A DNA stretch of 64,000 bases from Gekko japonicus (Eukaryota). The DNA lies in contig NW_015171600.1 of NCBI RefSeq assembly GCF_001447785.1, positions 34,306-98,305 on the forward strand. The letters run 5' to 3'. The translations under genes were made by a program, and so were the position numbers. Each line of letters begins with the position of its first letter. Positions within the stretch are counted from its first letter, which is position 1. Positions 1 to 9,618 of this stretch are shown piece by piece. The notes beneath the pieces were generated by a model. That model was not told the origin of the DNA. It searched no databases and saw only the letters and a program-made list of their open reading frames with translations.

Positions 1-349
1 AGCCTTGTAGCTGTGCGGCCTGGGTGAAGCTTGCAGACCGCCTTTGGGGATGGTCGCGACGGAGACTCAGCACTAGCCATGCGGGGTGCTTGAGGACTCC
101 TGAGGGCGCATCCCAATTTTGGCTCGGCCGGGATTGCAAGCGACTTATGGTTGGCTCCAACCCGGGGGGCCCCGGTGTCTTGCATCATAGGGCTTGAGGA
201 TGGGAGTCGATCAAAACGACTCCAGGCCCGGCCTCGTCGCTGTTTCCAGGGTTGCCCTTTGCCGTTAAGTTAAGAAGTTATTAATTTAATAAAGTGGCCT
301 TATTTCATCCAACCTTGTTGTCTGACTATTTCTTCCATCTGGGGGGGCA
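1..349 (+). mobile_element. 3' end of an LTR-like repeat (runs off the window start)
   Basis: GC-rich body, AATAAA, ends GGGGGGGCA. A similar terminus occurs at ~36790-36859. Absent from the paralogous block near 22650. Confidence 0.5.
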
Positions 350-625
350 AATGGACTGCCAGCAATTTCATTGGAAACAAGCAAAAGGGATTTAAGGTGT
401 GTTCATTTCTAGCATGAAAAGTTAAATACACGTTTGAATGTATGTAACTTTTATAATTTGTCTTGAAGGTTTTTTATATTTTCCTGTTTGTTATTTTTAT
501 GGCATTGTTATCTGTAAATTTATAAAAATAAAAAACAAGAGGGTTACATATAAAAATCCTTTCTGCTGGGAAGCATGGCATTTCAGATGCACCAACTTTT
601 ACTTGCTTGCTGGTTCTCTTTGAAT

Positions 626-1000
626 GCCCCATTGTGGTTTCTGTTATGGTTTCATATTCTATGGCCAACTCCCTCATAAAAAGCTTGTCAGTTTCTTATG
701 TTACATGAGGTGGTCAAGTTTTCTCTCTCTCCCTGTTTCAGAGGGTCAGATTTTGCCCTATCACACACAGTGATGGCACCTGATATTTTGCTATCTGCAA
801 GCTACAGCGATATAAGGCAATTGTGAATAAAGCTACCTCCATTTAAATGACACCCAGTGCATGGATTAGTTTGCTGTAGTCAATGACAGATTACAACTCT
901 GTTGACATTTACAATTACCTTGATCTGCAATAAAGTCAATCTATTTGAGTATGAAATCCCACAGTTAATAAACATCCTCAAACATATACCTAGTTGGGAT
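626..1000 (+). pseudogene. Heavily decayed OR fragment (TM2-ECL2)
   Basis: DNA aligns by eye to the intact ORs (gtttctgttatggt, atggccaactccctc, gggtcagattttgccc, acagtgatggcac, gctatctgcaa, agtgcatggatt, gaaatcccacagtta); contains stops and frameshifts. Confidence 0.85.
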
Positions 1001-1102
1001 TATGTTGATATATAAAAGTTTCTTATCCCGATATCTATGTGAACACTGGGTTTCCTTGCCATATATCCAATGAGAAATTACTCTGTGCCAGGAGCAATGT
1101 AA

Positions 1103-1869
1103 TCTATATATCTAATTCTCAAGTCGCCCCCTGGTGTGCGGATACTTAAATCCGCACATCGGGGGGACCTGGGGGGGAGAGGGAGAGGTTTGTGCGCACA
1201 TGGGGCGGTCCCCACGTGTGCACAAAAATCCTAAATCTGCAAAAAAAACATCGGGGGGATGTTTAAATCCCCTCGAAACTCACAGAGCATCCCCTGCGCA
1301 TGCGCAGGGAACGCTCTGCGACCGCCGCTGCCGCCGCTTGGAAAGTGAGCGGCGNNNNNNNNNNNNNNNNNNNNNNNNNNNNNNNNNNNNNNNNNNNNNN
1401 NNNNNNNNNNNNNNNNNNNNNNNNNNNNNNNNNNNNNNNNNNNNNNNNNNNNNNNNNNNNNNNNNNNNNNNNNNNNNNNNNNNNNNNNNNNNNNNNNNNN
1501 NNNNNNNNNNNNNNNNNNNNNNNNNNNNNNNNNNNNNNNNNNNNNNNNNNNNNNNNNNNNNNNNNNNNNNNNNNNNNNNNNNNNNNNNNNNNNNNNNNNN
1601 NNNNNNNNNNNNNNNNNNNNNNNNNNNNNNNNNNNNNNNNNNNNNNNNNNNNNNNNNNNNNNNNNNNNNNNNNNNNNNNNNNNNNNNNNNNNNNNNNNNN
1701 NNNGGGGGGAGATCGAGTGGGGGGAGGGCCGGGGGAGGAACCGGCAGGATGGGGGGGTCTTACCTCCTCCTGCTGCTTCCTCCTCCGCCTTCTGACTTTG
1801 GAGCTCCATTTGGAGCTCTGCCTCCCTCCCCACCCCACCCCCCTGCGAGTATCGCGGGTCCACCCCTTG
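1103..1869 (+). mobile_element. Non-autonomous Helitron-like element (spans an N-gap)
   Basis: 5' TCTATATA end; subterminal hairpin CCTGCGA-GTA-TCGCGGG; 3' CTTG end. Inserted at A|T with no TSD; empty site at ~23421 (gcaa|tgtgctctaagg). Confidence 0.7.
1355..1703. other. Assembly gap (others at 3505-3538, 19996-20383, 30501-30534, 48405-48600)
   Basis: Runs of N. Confidence 0.99.
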
Positions 1870-3031
1870 TATGCTCTAAGGCCGAGTGCAGTGGCACATA
1901 ATTAATTATGCTTCTAGGATGTACTGGGCCTACAGACTACGTCCAAGGGTTGGTTCTGAACAAATCTTGTAGAGTTGAATTAAAGCATGTTTAAAAGAAT
2001 GAATCGATAACCATGCATAAGATCAATCCTAGCTACCTTAATCTAATTTCCCTACATTGATTGCATTTCCAAACACTACTGAGACTATATGTATGACACC
2101 AGCTGATGTGTGTTGCCTTTTACTACATAGCGAGCTGCATAGCATTTTCCTGCAAAGGCTGAGAACCTTTCTTGTTGAGTTGCTGGCGTTGTCCTTTCAG
2201 GTGAAATAAGACATTGGGTTGGATTCAGCCAACATTTTTGCTGGTGAAAAAGGAAGGAAAGGTCCCTTTTGACTACCAGGAGCAGCACTGTTGGGGACTT
2301 GCCCAGACAAAAGCTGTAAGCAATCGGGGCTGTAGTAGGGATGCCAGCCTCCAGGTGGCACCTGAGGATCCCCTGGAATTACAGTTCATATCCAGAGTAA
2401 AGAGTTCATTTCCCTTTCAGCCCTGAAATATTACAGCTGGAAGTGGGGAGGCACTTGTTGAAACTAATTACTGCCAAAGATATTGTTGAGGCCTATTATT
2501 GCTCCTTATACGGGAGGCACTGAATGGTGCCTGGATTAAAATACCGATGGAACTCTTTTAATCCTTTTATTTATCCAGGATCTAGCATGAAAGAATTTTA
2601 TTTTTCCATAACCGTCTCAGTAGGGGCTGTCATTTCAGTGCCTAGTACTGGACGTGTGTAAAAAGGCTAGAAACAAGGAGGGTGTTTCTTCACCTCCGGC
2701 ATGTAAACAAACAAAAAATGATGACTTCTTTGCCTCAAACTTATCTCATTCAGTGTATGCTTTCCCAACTTCTAACCACTTTGCTCCTCTCATAAATTAT
2801 GGGCCATACACTAATCAAGCAGCTCAGAGAGGTGAGGAATTTTCTCTGCTCAGGGAGGGCAAAGAAGAGCTCAAGGTTGTTAACTCTCGTGTTACTGTCA
2901 ATTTTACAATTTTACAAATAATTTTAATCATCTGACTGCCAGAACTGTTGTCTCTATCTTTGAAAGATTAAAGTTAATTGAAGTAAAAACTGACCGACTT
3001 ATTCAGAGGCTTCCAATGCATGCTACTCGAG

Positions 3032-3315
3032 GGGCGATTTCTCACTAGAGTTGCCTTGCGGTGCAGCCGCCGTTTGCCCAGACACAAACATGTCAATTTC
3101 ACACCCGGGGCTGCGGGGCTGCATTTTGACTCGCGGCTTCACCCGATTTCCTCTGCAGTTTCGTGATCCTGGTTTTTGAGGATCACGAAACTGCGGAGGG
3201 AATCGGGCAAAGCCGCGGGTCAAATGCAGCCTCGCAGCCTCGGGTGTGAAATTAACATGTTTGTGTCGGGGCAAATGGGGCTGCGCTGCAAGGCAGCTCT
3301 AGTGAGAAATCGCCC
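3032..3315. mobile_element. Foldback MITE, probably PIF/Harbinger-type
   Basis: Near-perfect ~284-bp palindrome with TIRs GGGCGATTTCTCACTAGAG...CTCTAGTGAGAAATCGCCC. Confidence 0.85.
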
Positions 3316-3370
3316 AAGATGTTCATGGACCACTTCTAAGCAAAGGGTCCTCATTAAGCTTGGATCAGAT

Positions 3371-3504
3371 AGAAGAAGAGGAGGAGGAGGAGGAGGAGAT
3401 TGGATTTATACCCCGCCCTTCACTCAGAGTCTCAGAGCATCTTAAAATCCCTTTCCCCCTCCCCACAACAGACACCCTGTGAGGCAGGTGGGGCTGAGAG
3501 AGCT
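3371..3504 (-). mobile_element. tRNA-derived SINE, 3' part (runs into an N-gap)
   Basis: Reverse complement of the SINE tail seen at 12740-12864 and 19380-19508, with a (TTC/TCC)n end. Confidence 0.8.
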
Positions 3505-3841
3505 NNNNNNNNNNNNNNNNNNNNNNNNNNNNNNNNNNCCTCACTGGGAACAAGGAAGGACATGGCAACCCTAGTGTGATGAGAATACCAAGGCAAGCTT
3601 GGAAGCACTGTGATCTGCCCAGCCATCGGCAAAATTCTGGGGAGACTCAAAGAAGGGTCATATTTTTAAAAGCTGTTTATGCACATCAGCTTAACATTTC
3701 AATAAGCCTAACTCTAAATCTTTTCTGGGTTTTTCCTTTTGGGTACATTGTGGCAAAACAGAAAAAGTCTAATACTGTGATAGACATAGGTTTTCCTTAG
3801 ATACATTTGGTCTTACATCATGCACAGTCATGCTGCACTAA

Positions 3842-4149
3842 TGAAAAGTACTACGAAACGTGGAGTGATTTCAGCAAAGTACTTTTATTAGCAGGAACAA
3901 GACAAAGACTTCCGGCTCGCAGGCTGGTATATATGGCCAGAAAACCTACCACCAAAAACACACCCTCTACTTCCTATAGGCTATTTACAGTAGCCGAGAG
4001 TCCCATAGGCTCTCGGCTGCGGACCTGGCCCTCTGATAGGTGCGGGCTAGGATCCGCTTGGCTATTGTTCTCCCTGAGTGAAGCTTCAGGGCTTTGCTTG
4101 ACCACATGGCCCAACGGTCGCGCACGTGGTAATGGCGGAGTACATTACA
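3842..4149 (-). mobile_element. Solo LTR (308 bp)
   Basis: TG...CA ends with an imperfect inverted repeat; 5-bp TSD ACTAA; minus-strand AATAAA (~3885) and TATATA (~3929). Absent at the paralogous sites ~31420 and ~59914. Confidence 0.8.
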
Positions 4150-4440
4150 ACTAATTATCTAATTAAGTTAGTTACAAAAACAAAAGAAATAATACAGCAA
4201 AGGGAAAAGACTTCAGCAGCACTTGGCAGTTAAGTGAGGAGAACTCCTGGGAGCAAGTTGCCAGGAACAGAACATAAATTAAGCTCTGCATTCCTTATTG
4301 TGATTTGACAGAAATTAGCAGAGTACATTGCAGTAAGCCATCCGTGGAATGTCCTGGTCAAGTGGATGCATGAATTTAAACAGCTGAAGAAGGAACTGGA
4401 TCACACCTTCTCTCATTTGCCTCAGATCTTAATTAATGTT
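4150..4440 (+). promoter_or_regulatory. Candidate OR promoter block with homeodomain (TAATTA) and O/E (EBF)-like sites
   Basis: CTAATTATCTAATTAAG at 4151, CTCCTGGGAG at 4244 and TTAATTAATG at 4429. Equivalent sites occur near 17582, 31515 and 60009. Confidence 0.4.
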
Positions 4441-6139
4441 ATTTATTCACTGGTCCACATCCACATCAAGAATGCAGTAATCATACTTGAGCACAGAACT
4501 TCAGCAGAAATGGAGACAGGGAACCTAAGAGGAAAAGGTCTGGAGAAGAAATAGGACTCCACGGTATTCAATAATGTTTGGTATTGGAAAATCAGTGTGT
4601 GAGTATATAATGATTGAAGCACAGTTTCAAAGGTACTTCTTCAATCTTCGACAATGTTTTACTACGTTATCCAGAAGTGTTTCATTAATCAGAAATCCTT
4701 TTTATTTAAAAAAAAAAAATTAAAATCACATTACAGTGTTACAAGAATTGCTCTTGGAGCCATGGTGCCAGAGTTTCTATATGCATTCATAGAGGAGCCA
4801 TGTCTGTTTCAGGTGGATAGCCATGTTGATCTGAAGCAATAAAACAAAATTTTGAGTCCAGTGGCACCTTGAAGTCCAACAAAGTTTAATTATGGGTACA
4901 AGCTTTCGTGTGCATCCACATTTTGTCTTCCAGAAATGGAAAGAGGCAAAGGGCACTCAAAAGAGACATGTTTATTTAGTATAAAATGGGCTGCCTAAAG
5001 AAAAGTGGAGAGATGGAGCATATTCAAAACTTCATAGCTGGATAGCAAAGTATACCCTAAGGCAGTGGTTGTTGCCATCTTAAGAGGTAAAACGAAGAAT
5101 ATAAAATATTATTTTTCTTCTTGGACTAAAAAGAATGGAAAGTTATATGGTATGAGATTTCTTAGTTGGTGAAAGATGGACTTTGGGAATGAACTTTGGT
5201 TCTCAATGATGCCTGAATCTGAATTGTTGGGCGAAAGAGCGCTTTTAATATCATTGGGTCTAAGGACCACTGGAGCTGGGGAAAAGACTGGAGAGGCTTT
5301 ACTGGATGTGGGGAACCAGACTGAGTCAAAATTCAGAAGACAAAGGCATAGGGTGTCTAGTGGTGACATGATTAAAGTCCAGCTTCTCTGGGAGATCCAG
5401 GATACCTGCTTTCATTTGCGGTGAAAATGATCATTTGGAAGCCCTAAGAGGGGAATGCAGCATTCATGGAATTCATGGAAGCAGCCAGGTAGAGTTAAGG
5501 TAATTCTCAGGCATTTAAGAAAGGCCTTAGCAACAGGGCCCTAAGGCTCTCTAGGGCTGTGTCGGCATATAATTTCCACACACAGTATGGGTAATTTTAA
5601 CTATTTACTGAAAAACGAATCCAAAAAAGAGGGATCCTAGTGGCCAGTTTCCCTTGTCCAGTCTGTCAGGAATATAGGACTTCAAGGGAGGGGACTCCCA
5701 AGGAACTCATCACATGTGGGGTGGGAGTTATTGTCAATGTAACAACAGCCTTTACATGTGGAAATGGATAAGGTATCAGGGAACTGTCCTTTGGCCTTTC
5801 TTATGCATGCAGAAGTTGGATATGAGTCCTTCTATGACGTTTGGTATAGTTCCAGGTCAGGTTTCCAGAGTCTATGGACAGCAAACTTACATGTGTAGAG
5901 TAGGATTGGGGACAGCCATTTGCCATGTTGATCACCCATGCAGTTTGGCCATACGCAAACTATCCCATTCTTTGCTTATTCAAGGTTAGCTAAAAGGATG
6001 AGATGGTCAAACAATGAATCCCAAGTAACCATTCACTTATGTTAATTTATTAACAGTGCAATCGGAAGAACACTTCACTGAGAGAAAGCACTATTGAAGA
6101 GACCAGAGTAGGCTTCTGAGGAGACCGGCTGAGAATTGT

Positions 6140-6172
6140 TCTCTAAAACATTTCCGCCACTCAGTCCTACAG
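6140..6172 (+). promoter_or_regulatory. Predicted 3' splice acceptor of the OR coding exon (equivalents end at 20926, 28222, 36946, 45904, 61962)
   Basis: Pyrimidine-rich tract ending in ACAG, 29 nt before the ATG in all five intact genes and 28 nt in the pseudogene. A CTCTAAA branch-point-like motif lies upstream in A, B, D and F. Confidence 0.75.
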
Positions 6173-6201
6173 GAAACCTGCAACTGGATACTGAGAGCAA
6201 A

Positions 6202-7167
6202 ATGCCCAATCTTACCTCCACATCTGAATTCTTGCTCCTGGAATTTTCAGATATCCAAGAACTACAGATCTTATATTTCTTTGTGTTCTTAGCAGTATAT
6301 GTGACTGCAGTGACTGGTAATCTTCTCATTATCATTGCTGTAGTGCTTGATCATCATCTGCACACCCCCATGTACTTCTTCCTCATGAACCTGGCTGTCC
6401 TGGATCTTGGCATAGTTTCCATCATGGTACCCAAAGCGATGGCCAATTCCCTCCTGAACACCAGGTCCATTTCTTATTCTGGATGTGTGGCTCAAGTATT
6501 TTTCTACTTATTATTCGCAGGGTCAGATTTAGCCATCCTAACAATAATGGCACATGATCGGTATGTTGCTATCTGCAATCCATTGCAATACGAGACAGTT
6601 ATGCATAATAGAGCCTGCATTCAGATGGCTGTAAGTGCATGGTTTACCGGGATAATTTCTGCCACATTGCACACCACTAGCACTTTTGCCATTGCTTTCT
6701 GCTCCAATAGGATCAATCAATTTTTCTGTGAAATTCCACAGTTATTAAAACTAGCTTGCTCGGATTTATATCTAGTTGAAGTGGGACTTCTTATATTTAC
6801 CTGTAGCTTAGGTGGAGGATGTTTTGTCTACATCATTATAACTTACATAAAGATTTTTGCAGCAGTACTCAGGATGCCTTCTGTGCATGGGCAGAAAAAA
6901 GCGCTCTCCACTTGCATTCCTCACCTTACTGTGGTGTCTCTGCTTGTATTTAGTGGGATCTTTGCCTATGCAAGGCCTCCTGGTAACACTTCTTCTGAGC
7001 TGAATGTAATTTATGCTATGATTTATGCTGTATTATCTCCTTTGCTGAATCCATTCATCTATGGCATGAGAAACAAAGAAATCAAGGCTGCATTGTTTAA
7101 ACTTACTGAATTTGGACATTTTCCGAAAACCAGCTCCAGCAAAATTCATCTAGTAAAATGGGGCTGA
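6202..7167 (+). CDS. Olfactory receptor, class II, OR14-like (copy A), 321 aa
   Basis: 7TM ORF with OR motifs N-x-T (NLT), GNLLII, LHTPMYFFL, MAHDRYVAIC, FFCEIP, KALSTCIPHL, PLLNPFIYGMRN. The ORF-track start at 6136 is a TTG; the first in-frame ATG is 6202. Confidence 0.96.
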   Translation: MPNLTSTSEFLLLEFSDIQELQILYFFVFLAVYVTAVTGNLLIIIAVVLDHHLHTPMYFFLMNLAVLDLGIVSIMVPKAMANSLLNTRSISYSGCVAQVFFYLLFAGSDLAILTIMAHDRYVAICNPLQYETVMHNRACIQMAVSAWFTGIISATLHTTSTFAIAFCSNRINQFFCEIPQLLKLACSDLYLVEVGLLIFTCSLGGGCFVYIIITYIKIFAAVLRMPSVHGQKKALSTCIPHLTVVSLLVFSGIFAYARPPGNTSSELNVIYAMIYAVLSPLLNPFIYGMRNKEIKAALFKLTEFGHFPKTSSSKIHLVKWG

Positions 7168-7552
7168 ATGGTCTTCTCTAGATGATTTTCTTTATTGGCT
7201 TTGTACCTTGTGGTCTACACAATATAATATATAGGAAACAATTATTTGGATTCTGTGAAGTATGAGCAGAAGATGGTGGGACAGTGAGAGGTTTTTTACT
7301 TTCCTCTTCTCCCAGTACCCAACTGAGAAGACTGAAAATGTGATGCTGAGGGGTTAGAGGTCTCTCATGGAAGAAAAACCATTTAAAACAGATTCCTGAA
7401 ATTAGGAGGAGGAAGACATCAAAACTCTTCCCTCTGTCAATGATGCCATGAGGTCTTCTAGCTGTCTTGTCATCTCAGATGGGTGGCAGCTCCTCGAGGT
7501 GTCAAGCTGAGGACTTTCACATCACCTACCACCTGATCCAACTGTGATGCCA

Positions 7553-7664
7553 GAGAGCCAGTTTGGTGTAGTGTTTAGGACCGTGGACTGGTGGGAGAAC
7601 CAGGTTTGATTCCCCACTCCTTCCCCACTTCTTCCTACTTCACCCCACTCCTCCACATGCAGCT
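7553..7664 (+). mobile_element. tRNA-derived SINE head (3'-truncated)
   Basis: GAGAGCCAGTTTGGTGTAGTG (A box) and GGTTTGATTCCC (B box). Confidence 0.8.
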
Positions 7665-7692
7665 CCAAGGCTTTCCAGGCTGTTTTTGGTAC

Positions 7693-8791
7693 TGTTGAGA
7701 AATGGACTAATTTATGGTTTTATATCTGCTTACACAAACAACACATGGACTGTGCACACACCTGTATACCATAGGCCTAGAGGAAGCTGTTTGCATCACC
7801 TACTGTGAGAGATTTCACATAGGGAACACTTGACTGCATTTCATGTTAATGTAGTTTGCACACATTCAGCTCAAAGCTTTATGGGAAGAAGAAGCACATG
7901 TTAGCCATTGTGGGCAGAGGCAACAACCAAGAAGAAGAAATTCCCCCATTGCTGAGGAGACTAGATGTCACACAGAACATGGACCTGATCTGCATCTGAA
8001 TTGCCATTTCCTGTTGATGGTGTCTAGTCCGCCTGGTAAAGACAAGATTCATCTGCACATCAAGGAGGGCACAGGAAGCCAAGACTTCACACCTGGCCAG
8101 ATGGTGTTCCATGAGATAGAGTGTAGAGTTTCAAATATTGCCCAACTCATAGAATACCTGTCCCTTTCTACATGCACCAATGAGGGAGGTCATGTGATGG
8201 ACTTGTAAGTAGGTGGGATTACAGTTTGGCAAGGTGCCACCCACCTGGAGATTCAACTATAAAAGTAAAGACCAAACTTTAGGTCTTTGCTAGCCACATC
8301 CCTTCTCAACGTCCTCTGTCTTCTTTTCTACCCCTAAAGTCCAGCTCTCTATCAAAAAATCCTTTTGTTATCTTCAAGATTTCTTGGACTGCAGCCAAAG
8401 AGGTCCATACTTTGCTGGCTGGTTCTAGCAAGTGTGATTTAGTAAACACCCTTAGGTATTACTTTCTTCCCCTATCTTAGACTGCATCAGACAAGACTTC
8501 AGGAACAGGCAAGTATAAACCAATACCTACCTACCTCCAAGTAAATGAGAAACTATCTTGATATCTTTCTGTAACTTTAAAGGAACCTTGATTGTATGCG
8601 AATGTGAGACTGATTTTGAGTGTATGTGATTTTGATATTGCTCAGTAAAAAGACAATTTGTTTTGGAAAAACATCAGTCTCGTCTCCATCACTAGTGTTC
8701 TCTGGGGCTGGCAGAACCTTCGTAAACTTTGGCAAGGACTCATGTTAAATTTAGTTAGTCATCTGCTGTAAATAAAGTGATTGGTGTAACA
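7693..8791 (+). mobile_element. Solo LTR (~1.1 kb)
   Basis: TGTT...AACA ends; 4-bp TSD GTAC; TATAAAA at ~8258; AATAAA at 8771. Empty site at ~19112. Confidence 0.85.
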
Positions 8792-9618
8792 GTACATTGT
8801 TTCCCTGTACAATATGGCTAATTTAACTCCTTACAGGTAAAGAATGTACTCCAAAATAGTGGACCGAAGTGGCCAGTTTCCCTCATCTAGTCTGTCAGGG
8901 TTACAGGACTCCATGGATGGGGGCCTCCCAAGTAACTCACCCCTTTGGGGGCAGTATTGTCTGTGCAACATCAGCTGTTATGTGTGAGGCTAAAGCATGG
9001 ATAAGGGAACAGGAAACTGTCCACTGCCTCTTTCTCAATTTTCATTGTGTAATTTACAAAATCAACATATGCAAAAGTTCAATAAATTTAAAGACCCTCT
9101 CTGACATTCAGTTGAGTTCAAGATCAAGCATTCAGAGTCTATGTGCATGGAAGCTGTACAAGCTTAGATCTGGGCAAATGAATATGTGGAGGTTGGGACA
9201 GCCAGTGAGATGCTGATTGTCCATCCAGTTTGTCCATGTGAAAACTGTCCCATTCGTTGTTCATTCCAAACAAGGTTAGCTACTGGAATGAGATGGTCAA
9301 ACAAGGAATCCTGACTAACCATTAATGGATATTAGTAGGTTCACAGTACAATCAGAAGAATACTACCCTGAGAGAAAGCCCCATTGAATAGACCAGAGCA
9401 GGAGTCCGAGGAGACATGCTGAGGATTGTTCTCTAAAATATTTCCTCCACTCAACCAATGCACCAAATAAAATATAAATAAAATAAAGAGCCAGTTTGGT
9501 GTAGTGGTTAAGTGTGCGGACTCTAATCTGGGAGAAAAGGTTTGATTCCCCACTCCTCCACTTGGACCTGCTGATGTGACCTTGGGTCAGTCACAAGCTC
9601 TGGCACAGCTGTTCCTGA

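Noticed and set aside
1134-1905. Long ORFs spanning N-runs (also ~19769-20786 and 48315-48728)
   Set aside because: They are open only because N codons contain no stops.
4805-4925. Short repeat remnant (gtggcacctt...aacaaagttt...aagctttcgtg), also at ~32060 and ~60560
   Set aside because: It resembles a common reptile retroelement end (possibly Penelope-like) but is too short to classify by eye.
6136-6201. N-terminal extensions of the ORs (also 20890, 36910, 45757, 61926)
   Set aside because: They start at TTG/GTG and cross the predicted splice acceptor. The conserved M-x-N-x-T start gives a normal OR length.
6075-6720. Antisense ORFs over the OR genes
   Set aside because: Shadow frames of the OR coding sequence; their recurrence follows from gene duplication.
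9487-9560. tRNA genes at A/B-box motifs (7553, 9487, 19227)
   Set aside because: I could not fold a convincing cloverleaf, and each continues into the SINE body.
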